Program-made: the position numbers and the translations under genes | In this document: positions 1 to 8,700 of the stretch, one piece after another | Numbering within the stretch: the first letter of the stretch is position 1 | How the letters are laid out: each line of letters begins with the position of its first letter | From: an uncultured Gammaproteobacteria bacterium | GTDB taxonomy: Bacteria > Patescibacteriota > Microgenomatia > Levybacterales > GWA1-39-11 | Length of the DNA stretch: 24,000 nt | Direction: 5' to 3' | Assembly: GCA_964365755.1 (NCBI GenBank) | Contig: CAYIRD010000001.1 | Coordinates: 3,781 to 27,780 of the forward strand | Notes under the pieces: model-generated | What the model was told of the DNA's origin: nothing | The model's database searches: none | The model's input: only the letters and a program-made list of their open reading frames with translations

Positions 1-1
1 T

Positions 2-1075
2 GACGCAACTTTTGTTTCTTTGTCAGGCGTTCATATATTAAGTCAAAATTCAAAAGGTGTTGTTGCAATTTCTGCACCCAATGGAGAGATAGGTCCCCAG
101 GACGTTCAAAGAGTTTTAGAGGCTGCTGGCGCTATCTCTACTCCCTCCACAACTACAATTCTTCACGTTCTTCCAAAGACATTTACAGTTGATGGAGAAG
201 GGGGGATTAAAGATCCAGTAGGGATGACTGGAGTAAGACTTGAAGTTGATACTCACATTATTACTGCAAATTCCGTTTCTGTAAAAAATATCCAGAGAGT
301 TCTTGAACAGGAAGCAGGCGTTGGTGTTTCTCAAGTTGTATTTTCGGGTCTTGCATCATCACTTTCAATTCTTACAGAGACAGAACGCGAGCTAGGCGTA
401 GTTTTAATCGATATTGGAGCAGGTATTACAAACATTTGTATATATGTTGACGGTGCCCTTTCTTATTCTTCTGTAATACCGATTGGCGCGCGTCATATTA
501 CAAATGACCTTGCAATTGGTCTTAGAATTTCACTTGAAAGCGCAGAAAAGATTAAGCTTTATCTTTCAAAGAGATATGGTAAGAAGCACAATGAAGATGA
601 GAAAGTAGAAGAAGAGACGGGCGATGAGCTGGATTTGGGAGGACTTCATTTGGTTGAAGAATTAAAAAAGGTCTCTCAAAAAACATTGGTGGACGGAATA
701 ATTAAACCCCGATTAAACGAATTATTCACATTTGTAGGTATTGAGCTTAAGAAAAGCGGATTTGCAACACAGACTCCGGCAGGAGTCGTTATTACTGGGG
801 GAGGTGCAAGAACCGCTGGGGCGCAGGAAAGCGCAAAAAGAATGCTCTCAATGCCGGTGAGAATAGGGATACCTGCTAATATTACGGGCTTGATAGATGA
901 TGTTGAGAACCCGGCCTTTGCAACATCCGTGGGTCTTCTTTTCTATGCTCGCGGTTTTCAAGGTAGACAAGAAAGTTCATTTTTCTCAGGAATTATGCGT
1001 CCTCTCAACCTCAACTTCACCCGCGGCCTCCTTGGTTCTGTCACCAAACTAATCAAGACATTTTTACCAAAATAA
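2..1075 (+). CDS. ftsA: Cell division protein FtsA, C-terminal ~357 aa; the 5' end is off the left edge
   Basis: The frame is open from nt 2, with no stop before the listed TTG at 20. Actin-fold ATPase motifs typical of FtsA are present: 'VLIDIGAGITNICIY' and 'GVVITGGGARTAGAQESAKRMLSMPVRIGIP'. The C-terminal amphipathic 'LLGSVTKLIKTFLPK' resembles the FtsA membrane-targeting helix. Confidence 0.9.
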   Translation, partial: DATFVSLSGVHILSQNSKGVVAISAPNGEIGPQDVQRVLEAAGAISTPSTTTILHVLPKTFTVDGEGGIKDPVGMTGVRLEVDTHIITANSVSVKNIQRVLEQEAGVGVSQVVFSGLASSLSILTETERELGVVLIDIGAGITNICIYVDGALSYSSVIPIGARHITNDLAIGLRISLESAEKIKLYLSKRYGKKHNEDEKVEEETGDELDLGGLHLVEELKKVSQKTLVDGIIKPRLNELFTFVGIELKKSGFATQTPAGVVITGGGARTAGAQESAKRMLSMPVRIGIPANITGLIDDVENPAFATSVGLLFYARGFQGRQESSFFSGIMRPLNLNFTRGLLGSVTKLIKTFLPK

Positions 1076-1111
1076 CCCACAAAGCAAATTAGATTGATAT
1101 AATAAGTACTC

Positions 1112-1140
1112 TTGAACTATAGGCTCAATAATGGTATACT
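1112..1140 (+). promoter_or_regulatory. Sigma70-like promoter for the repeat-protein operon (TTGAAC-17 nt-TATACT)
   Basis: -35 TTGAAC at 1112-1117, a 17-nt spacer, and -10 TATACT at 1135-1140. Only 9 nt separate the -10 from the ATG at 1150, and no Shine-Dalgarno lies between them. This implies a leaderless or near-leaderless mRNA. Confidence 0.4.
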
Positions 1141-1149
1141 CCAGCCACA

Positions 1150-2457
1150 ATGAAAGAGCGTGTCTCTTCTTATGGCTCAGCTTCGGAACAAGCTCAAATT
1201 CCAATTCCCCGCGACAAGCGAGGCAGAATTCAGTGGAGATTACTAAAAGGCGATGTGAATCAGTTAAGAAGTGTGATTGAATTTCATGCTTCTAGTTTAA
1301 TCAGTGAAGGATCCCCGCTGAATAGGGAAGCTTTTAAAAAAGCTGGTCTTCATAGCATTGATGCTGCGATTACTCGATATTATCCAGATGGAATGCTAGG
1401 TTTAAAGATAAACCTCGGATTACAACCCGACAAAAGGCCCAAATCTTATTGGACAAATGAGACAATAGAGGAGGAGACTAGAATTTTTTTGGAAGGTAGA
1501 GCTGAAGGTAAAAATAGGTTAACTCAAAGATTGCTGCAAGGAAACGGAAGGTCAGATTTAGCATCAGCAATAACGAATCATTACCCGGGTGGAATGTACG
1601 TACTTAGAGAGAGACTCGGATATACCAACGAACGAAAACCAGTAGGCTACTGGACTCAAGAGAAAATTGAAGAGGAAGCCAGAGCGTTTTTCGAGCAAGA
1701 AGGAGAGTTAACTCAAAGCCTTTTGTTTCAAAAGGATCGACAAGATTTGAGTACTCAAATTAAACACTATCCGGGAGGAGCCACACAATTAAGAATTAAA
1801 ATAGGAGCAAAAATTTTAAGAAAAAATGGGTATTGGACAGAAGAACAAATAGAAAGTGATACCTCACAATTCTTGCAAGAATATGATGGAATAACAGAAA
1901 ATCTACTCACAATTCATAAAAGACAAGATCTTTTAGGGGCTATTCGTCAGTATTATCCTGGAGGGTTAATAAGATTGAAAGAGAGATTAGGCTTAATCCC
2001 TAAGAATAAGCCTGTTGGATACTGGACTACTGAAAGAATAGAAGAGGAAACCTTAGCTTTTTTGAATCAATTTGGAATACTAACCCCTGGAGAATTAAAA
2101 AAGAATGGAAGGCAAGACTTAATAGGAGCAATAAATGAACACTATCCCGGAGCCTTTACTAAATTGAAAGAACATTTAGGGATCGGGCCGGACAGGAGAT
2201 CTAATGGTCACTGGAGAAATCCTAAAAATGTAGAGGAAGAGGCCCGAATCCTTTTGGACAATGGTTATTCTATAGCAAATAAAGATCTAAGAGCAGAGCA
2301 TTCGGGTTTTATATCCGCTGTTAGGAAATATTATCCGGGAGGCTTAATTGCTTTGAGAGAAAAACTTGGAATTGCGAACGGAGAGAGATTAATTTTAATT
2401 TCTCCGGATGAAGCGAATGAACAATTGAGGAGGCTTTTGGAGGAAAAAGATGAATAA
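1150..2457 (+). CDS. Tandem-repeat protein paralogue 1 (435 aa, 6 repeats) with conserved C-terminal tail ISPDEANEQLRRLLEEKDE; function unknown
   Basis: Long ORF. The repeat-initial Trp falls at aa 29, 101, 168, 229, 292 and 355. The unit consensus is 'GYWTxExIEEEARxF...G.LT...L....RxDL..AI...YPGG...LKE+LGL'. The N-terminal motif is 'PRDKRGRIQW'. Confidence 0.85.
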   Translation: MKERVSSYGSASEQAQIPIPRDKRGRIQWRLLKGDVNQLRSVIEFHASSLISEGSPLNREAFKKAGLHSIDAAITRYYPDGMLGLKINLGLQPDKRPKSYWTNETIEEETRIFLEGRAEGKNRLTQRLLQGNGRSDLASAITNHYPGGMYVLRERLGYTNERKPVGYWTQEKIEEEARAFFEQEGELTQSLLFQKDRQDLSTQIKHYPGGATQLRIKIGAKILRKNGYWTEEQIESDTSQFLQEYDGITENLLTIHKRQDLLGAIRQYYPGGLIRLKERLGLIPKNKPVGYWTTERIEEETLAFLNQFGILTPGELKKNGRQDLIGAINEHYPGAFTKLKEHLGIGPDRRSNGHWRNPKNVEEEARILLDNGYSIANKDLRAEHSGFISAVRKYYPGGLIALREKLGIANGERLILISPDEANEQLRRLLEEKDE

Positions 2458-3799
2458 GGAAAGATCACAAATGACTGGCGAGCAATACTTTTTTTCAGAA
2501 TTACCCCGCAATAGAAGAGGTATCCGCTGGAGCGTTATTCCAGAGGCGAACAGGGAATTAATTATCGAAGGGGAAGCGAGAAAAATATACACTGAGACAG
2601 GAAGATTAAATAAAGGTGCATTTGAAGAGACAGGGAGACAAGATATAATTGGGGCAATTACTCTATATTATCCTGGAAGACTTACAGGTTTAAAGAAAAC
2701 CCTTGGGTTAACTGTACCTGCTACCAGCATACCCATTCAAAGTAGTCAGGAAGAAGATTTTATTGTTAGAGACGCAGGGGGAAGAGTTTTGTGGTCTAAG
2801 ATGGCGCAAGATCAAAGAATGAGGGTAATAGAACAAGAAGCCTTAAGTTTTGTCCAGTCTGGACACTTCACAGATAGTGAACTACGAACAAGAAATTATG
2901 GATTGTTAATGGCTGCAAAAACTTATTACCCTAATGGTATATTAGGTGTTCGAGAAAGGTTAAATTTAAAAGCCAAAAAGACTCCAAAGGGTTATTGGAC
3001 TTTAGAGAAAATAGAAAGAGAAGCAAGAGAGTTTCTTAGTACATATGGAGTAATATCGAGACGTGTTTTGTACCAACATAATCGTGGAGACTTAAGCGAG
3101 GCAGTTAAATCAAAATTTCCAGGTGGTTTTGTAGCGCTAAAAGAGAGACTTGGTGCGGTTCAAGCTAAACCGGGCGGGTTTTGGACAAAAGAAAGAATTG
3201 AACAAGAAGCCCTAGCTTATTATAAAGAGCGTGGTTTTTTAAGCGCAAGACATTTAATAAAAAATGGTCGAGGAGATCTAGCTATGGCAATTTCGCAGAA
3301 TTATCCTGGGAGGATGACGAAACTAAAAGAAGCTCTGGGATTAGACCCATTGCGGAAGGATAATTATTGGACTCAAGAGAAAATAGCAGAAGAGGCAAGA
3401 AAGTTTTACGAAACCGAAGGAGTTTTAACGGCTAAAGCACTGTATAGGATGGGTCGTTCCGACCTGGCATCGCAAATTAGTAGGTCTTACAAAGGAGGAT
3501 ATTTAGCGTTGAAGAGAGAATTGAGAATAGAATTAAGTAAAAGACCTGATGGATATTGGACTCCCGAAGCAATTGAAGCTGAAGTAAGAAATTTTTTAGA
3601 TAATGAAGGGACAATAAGCAGTGGCGTACTACATAGAAAAAAACCAGCCCTATATGCAGCAATAAGGCTTCACTATCCGGGGGGAAAATTAGCGCTTGAA
3701 TCTAAGCTTGGAATTATTAGGCAAGAAACAGAAATGACTGTTTCGCCGGATGAGGCGAATGAACAATTAAGAAGACTTTTGGAGGAAAAAGATGAATAA
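2450..3799 (+). CDS. Tandem-repeat protein paralogue 2 (449 aa, 6 repeats) with C-terminal tail VSPDEANEQLRRLLEEKDE; function unknown
   Basis: The ATG at 2450 overlaps the upstream stop in ATGAATAA, and GGAGG at 2439-2443 lies 6 nt upstream. It has the same repeat consensus, with N-terminal 'PRNRRGIRW'. Confidence 0.85.
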   Translation: MNKERSQMTGEQYFFSELPRNRRGIRWSVIPEANRELIIEGEARKIYTETGRLNKGAFEETGRQDIIGAITLYYPGRLTGLKKTLGLTVPATSIPIQSSQEEDFIVRDAGGRVLWSKMAQDQRMRVIEQEALSFVQSGHFTDSELRTRNYGLLMAAKTYYPNGILGVRERLNLKAKKTPKGYWTLEKIEREAREFLSTYGVISRRVLYQHNRGDLSEAVKSKFPGGFVALKERLGAVQAKPGGFWTKERIEQEALAYYKERGFLSARHLIKNGRGDLAMAISQNYPGRMTKLKEALGLDPLRKDNYWTQEKIAEEARKFYETEGVLTAKALYRMGRSDLASQISRSYKGGYLALKRELRIELSKRPDGYWTPEAIEAEVRNFLDNEGTISSGVLHRKKPALYAAIRLHYPGGKLALESKLGIIRQETEMTVSPDEANEQLRRLLEEKDE

Positions 3800-5657
3800 A
3801 GAATTCGAAGTCAGAACAGACCAACAATTTCAGAATCAGCAATCGTTAGATACTCCTCGAGACAGAAGGGGAAGAATAGACTGGCGCGCTTTAAACAGTA
3901 ATCCGGAACAACTTGTCGCGTATGTAGATTCAGAAATCGAGAGATTTCTTGCCGAGGGCCACCAGTTGTCTTATGTAGGGTTAGTTAAAGGCGAGAGAGA
4001 TTTTCTATACACCGGAGTTAAAAGATATTACCCAGGAGGCATGGATACATTAAAAGAAAAATTTGGGATTGTTAGTGTTACGAAACCAGGGCGGTACTGG
4101 TATGATTCACACAATATTGAGGAAGAAGCGAGAAAGTTGGCAGCAAAGGGTAGCGATTTATCACAACGTAGCCTTAAAGAATTTAGTATGCAATCTATGA
4201 GTTCTGCAGTTAGAAGATACCCAGGAGGTTTGCAAGCCCTTAGAGAAAAATTAGGCATCGCACAAGTAAGAGTTGCTAGAGGATATTGGCAAGTGCCTGC
4301 AAATATTGAGAAGGAGGCAAGAGCATGCCTTGGGAAAGGAATTGATATATCTCAGAAAAGCTTGAAAAAAGCAGGCTTATCCTCATTATCTTCAGCAATA
4401 GCACAAAAATATCCCGGCGGCACGAGCGCTTTAAGAGAAAAATTAGGATTACCAATAAGACGCCCAAATGGATACTGGCAGAATCCGGTAAATGTTGAAC
4501 ATGAAGTTTCAAAAATAATCGATGAAGAGGGAAATTTAACAGAGCCAATAATTAATAGACACAATCCTTCATTGATGCCCGCTATTTATAAACACTATGA
4601 AGGAGGATTGGCTGCGTTGAGAGCTAAATTTGGCCTAAAAGAGACAAAAAAAAAGACAGGATATTGGACAATGGAACAGATAGAATATGAGGCAAGAAAA
4701 TTTTACGAGGAGAGAGGACTATTAACCGGACCGGCTTTGATCACAAACAATAGACAGGACTTGTTGGGGGCTATCCAGAGCAAATACCCAGGAGCTCTGA
4801 TTGGTATTAAAAATAGACTAGAAATTCATTCTGTCAGGCCAAAGGGCTACTGGACACCAGATAACATTGAGAGAGAAGCAGCAAAATTTATAGCTCAACA
4901 TGAAGATTTAAACCATGTTTTGTTAAGGTCCAATAATTTAGCTGGATTCGCTTCTGCAATTTCAAGCTTTTATCCCGGAGGCATGAGAGGTCTACGAAGA
5001 AAACTTGGCTTAGAGGTAAAATCAAGGCCTCTTGAGTTTTGGACAATCGAGAATATAGTAGGAGAAGCAAGAAAAATTTATGAAACTGAAGGAGATTTAT
5101 CGCAAAAAATATTAGTTAGGCTGAGAAATCTTTCTCTTAATTACGCTATTCAAAAGAAGTATCCGGGTGGGATGGATGGATTAAAAAGAGATATAGGGAT
5201 TAGATCTAGCGAAAGACCTAATGGCTATTGGACTCCCGAAACTATTGAACAAGAAGCTAAAAAATTCTATTTAACACACGGGACATTGGACTCAAAAAGC
5301 ATGCGCGGAAAAGGTGAATCTGGCCTTTCATCCGCTATAAGCTCCAAATATCCAGGAGGTTTTAGGGCATTAAAAGGAAAATTCGGGGTTGCGATTAATC
5401 AGCGTCCTCCCAATTATTGGGTTAATCCTGAAAACATCGAACTTGAACTACAGAGATTTCTAGAAGCGGGAAATACATTTTCGGATGAAGATCTCAAAAG
5501 AGCGGGTTTGACAAGCTTGCGGTATGCAATAAGTGAGTATTACCCAGGAGGTATGAGTGCAATAAGAGAAAAGTATGGCCTTACAAAAGGCGAAAGGCAA
5601 GTTGTGATTTCCCCCGATGATGCGAATGAACAATTGAGAAGATTGATTGAAGATTGA
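3792..5657 (+). CDS. Tandem-repeat protein paralogue 3 (621 aa, 9 repeats) with C-terminal tail ISPDDANEQLRRLIED; function unknown
   Basis: It has the same ATGAATAA stop/start overlap and the same GGAGG as the previous junction. There are nine 'YW...YPGG' units and an N-terminal 'PRDRRGRIDW'. Confidence 0.85.
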   Translation: MNKEFEVRTDQQFQNQQSLDTPRDRRGRIDWRALNSNPEQLVAYVDSEIERFLAEGHQLSYVGLVKGERDFLYTGVKRYYPGGMDTLKEKFGIVSVTKPGRYWYDSHNIEEEARKLAAKGSDLSQRSLKEFSMQSMSSAVRRYPGGLQALREKLGIAQVRVARGYWQVPANIEKEARACLGKGIDISQKSLKKAGLSSLSSAIAQKYPGGTSALREKLGLPIRRPNGYWQNPVNVEHEVSKIIDEEGNLTEPIINRHNPSLMPAIYKHYEGGLAALRAKFGLKETKKKTGYWTMEQIEYEARKFYEERGLLTGPALITNNRQDLLGAIQSKYPGALIGIKNRLEIHSVRPKGYWTPDNIEREAAKFIAQHEDLNHVLLRSNNLAGFASAISSFYPGGMRGLRRKLGLEVKSRPLEFWTIENIVGEARKIYETEGDLSQKILVRLRNLSLNYAIQKKYPGGMDGLKRDIGIRSSERPNGYWTPETIEQEAKKFYLTHGTLDSKSMRGKGESGLSSAISSKYPGGFRALKGKFGVAINQRPPNYWVNPENIELELQRFLEAGNTFSDEDLKRAGLTSLRYAISEYYPGGMSAIREKYGLTKGERQVVISPDDANEQLRRLIED

Positions 5658-5682
5658 AACTATAGGTTTAAAATGTTAAAAT
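5654..5682 (+). promoter_or_regulatory. Possible internal promoter for the helicase-methyltransferase gene (TTGAAA-17 nt-TAAAAT)
   Basis: -35 TTGAAA at 5654-5659 overlaps the stop of the upstream gene. A 17-nt spacer precedes -10 TAAAAT at 5677-5682. It shares the string TTGAA(A)CTATAGG with the promoter at 1112. Confidence 0.3.
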
Positions 5683-5683
5683 T

Positions 5684-5703
5684 GGGCTGATTAACAGCCC
5701 TTT
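5684..5703 (+). terminator. Stem-loop GGGCTG-ATTAA-CAGCCC followed by TTT; either a weak intrinsic terminator/attenuator or a 5'-UTR hairpin
   Basis: A perfect 6-bp, GC-rich stem (5684-5689 / 5695-5700) has a 5-nt loop and a short T-tract (5701-5703). It sits in the only intergenic gap of the cluster. Confidence 0.3.
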
Positions 5704-5712
5704 CAATAAAAT

Positions 5713-8700
5713 ATGACATCAGAAATGTTAAAAGAAGGACAGCCACAGCCAGTGCAAGAAAATCACGATTCAAGAATCGCGGATTTGAATGCAGTGATTT
5801 TGAAGCCAGAAAAAATTCATGTTCTATTAAGTTTGAAACCGGGTGACCCCGGATACCCGTTTGATAATGGAGAAACATTTGAAGCAAATTATGAATCCTC
5901 AACCGATTTTGGATTGAAATATATCATGGCTAGATCTCTGCTTCAGGATGGTAAGTATGATAAACCACTTCTATTGCTTAGAAAGTTTATTCCAGCAGCG
6001 GATATAATTACTAAGCATAAAGAAGCTGAGGATCGCCAAAAGGCAGAAGAAGAAATTAAATCCGGCTTTGCCCAGGAATTGAAAGATAGATTACGGCTTC
6101 TACTTGTAGAAAAAGGACAAATTAAGCCTGGATCTGAAGAGGATAAAGATGCCCAGAAGGCTCTTATTCGCTTTGCGGAAAGAGATCAAATCCTAAGACA
6201 ACTAATGGAACTTTTACCTATCCATGTAGTAGGTGCCATCACGAGTGCTCAAATGTTTGAAAACGTAACAGACGAGGAAAAAAGAGAAAAATTACGGTCA
6301 TGGACAACTCGAGCACTCAGGCCCTATCTTGGGGATTTACTTGTTCGTAAACCTCAGGGCGATATTAATTTTCGAGATATTATAACATTGGTTCCTGCAA
6401 AGATTTTCGATGATTGGGATACTGCCACAGCGAATATTGTAAGAGATCACTTTGAAAGACTAGCGATGGGCATGTTCACAGAAAGTGAAGAAGAAGGGTT
6501 TAGTAGGCTGGAGGATGCTTTTAGATCAGAACAATCTGAATCTAAAAGGCAATTTCTGCAAGGGGTTCTTGATGAGTTTAAAGAGATTAGAGATGAAGAA
6601 ATTCCTCCAGTTTTCAAAGATCAAGTCGAGGGCTGGTTTTCCCCCACCTCACCTTTCCCATTGTTTCGTCAAAAATATTTTGTCCATGAATTCAAAAAAA
6701 CTCACAGGAAATTTTTAAACGGTGATACCGGAGCTACAAAAACGGCCTGTGCGGACCTTGCAATGGAGTCAGTTGGTGCCTCGCGCGTAACTATTTTTGG
6801 CCCAGCTAAGGCACGGAACACTTGGCCAAGAGAGGCTCGTAAGATTTACCAAGAGGACGCGCAGCCTGACGTTTTTGCTGTAATAAGCGCAAAGGATTTA
6901 GATAATCCCAGAATTAAGACAGCCAAGCAGGTTTATATATCGAGTGAATTAATGGCAAGAGCATGGTCCAACCCAGAATTGAATGCAACCATGACAGAAG
7001 CAGTCATTACTAATAGACATACAGATGGGATAATTTTAGACGAGTACGATGTTTTTCGTCATCAGAGTGCAAAGTCAACTAAGATGCTAAGGCACCTCGT
7101 AACTCAAATACAAGCTAATAACCAAGAGTTAGTACCAATGATACCTTTGACAGCAACACCTCTTTCATCATCCCTTAAAGATTTAGACATCTCGATGGCT
7201 CTTCTTTACCCTGAACGGTTCGCCTTTCCTAAGAGCAACCAAGATGGTAAATTTACTTTTAGTACTCTTGCTTTGATGGATCCAAAAATCGCTTATTCAC
7301 TTCTTTATGGCGAGCAACTTATGATTCAGTGGAGTCTTGAAGATCTTTTCGGGGAGAAAGCACCAAAACTTGATCCTAAAATAGTAAATCTTGAGATGAC
7401 TGCTTCTCAATATGAAATTTATCAATGGGTGCTTTCCCTACCTATAAGAAATCCGCTTGAGAAAATTGCTATGTTAAGAAGTGTTCTTCTTAATCCCAAT
7501 ATAATTAAAAAAACCATTAGGGAAAAGGGGTTAATACCAGAACCGGTTTATGATCCGGCAAAATTTGGGGAGCACTTGGAAGAGCTTTACAATTCATGGT
7601 GGGAATGGTTTGAAACTTCACCTGATAAATTTGAACCCTTTAGCGCCGACTGGATTGCAAAATTTGGAGATGGTCAATTTTTAATACAATTGTTTTTTGA
7701 TAATCGATTTGCGGATGGAATTGAATCGCTAGTTATGCGATACCCACACATCCGAACAGATTGGCAAGAAGCTAAATTCCCTTCTGTAAAATATGAGGCT
7801 ATCAAAAAGTTTTTGGAAAGAACAATAATTAAAACAGAAGATGGCTATGAATTCAGCCAAAAAACAATGATAGTTTCCCCTTTTCACAAAGAAGGTATTA
7901 CCAGGTGGTTTGATGATCCTTACATTAGACCGGAAGATCTTGATAATGATGCCTGGAGCTTATATGAGATGTTGCGCCTCGATTTTTCTAATTTGCCAAA
8001 TGAAGCATCTATTAACATTGATGGACAGAAATCTTTTTCAGCAAGAGACCGTGCGGCACAGGAATGGCGAGAATCAGGGATAAAGAATAACATAGTAGTT
8101 GCTTCTATGCGGTCAATTTATCAGAGTATGGATTGGGCAATTCGCGATACAGAAGATAATAAAAATATTGAAGCTATGAATGTTATATTCTTAGGCTGGC
8201 CTTGGGGATGGGATGAATTTAAGCAGATGTCTGGTCGTTTCTTGCGTCCTGGTCAAACCAAACCTGTTAATATATATATCTTAGAAACAGAGAACTCGAT
8301 TGACAGAGGGTTTAAAGACTTGGTTAAAATCAAAGACCTTCTATCGCAAATGGCTTTGGCAGGAGTTGAGCTCTCAAAAGAAGATCAAGTTTTTTTCAGC
8401 GACGCAACTTCTGCTAAAAGAATTTTAATCGAACATCCGAAAGTCGGCCAGCTTTTCCTTTACGATGCTTTTGCCAAATTAAGGGGTATGTCGGAAGAGG
8501 AGATGAGAATTGAGCTTGCCAAGGAAATTAACGGCAGAACTTTAGGATCTTGGCTTGCCGAATTTTATCTTGATGAAGGGAATGATGAATATCGAATAGT
8601 TGGAAACAACGCTGAATTAGTGAAAAATGTCGTACTTCGCGAACATCCCGAACATGTATTATCTGTTGGCTCAGGGACTTGTATTTTTGCAAGAAAAATT

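Larger units (their letters stand above)
1150..5657 (+). repeat. 21 intragenic tandem copies of a 61-72 aa (~185-215 bp) coding repeat spread over three adjacent paralogous genes
   Basis: I counted the W and YPGG-type landmarks in the three translations, giving 6 + 6 + 9 units. The copies are diverged at DNA level and conserved mainly at the peptide landmarks. Confidence 0.85.

Noticed and set aside
4028-5070. Several 60-90 aa minus-strand ORFs inside repeat-protein gene 3, with similar ones at 2395-2592 and 3477-3662
   Set aside because: They are antisense to ORFs that have a strong periodic repeat signature. They are expected by chance in AT-rich sequence.
1150-5657. Possibility that the periodic repeats are a CRISPR array or a non-coding satellite
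   Set aside because: The period (~185-215 bp) and the divergence pattern do not fit CRISPR. The periodicity is at the amino-acid level inside uninterrupted long ORFs, and there are no short identical direct repeats separated by unique spacers.
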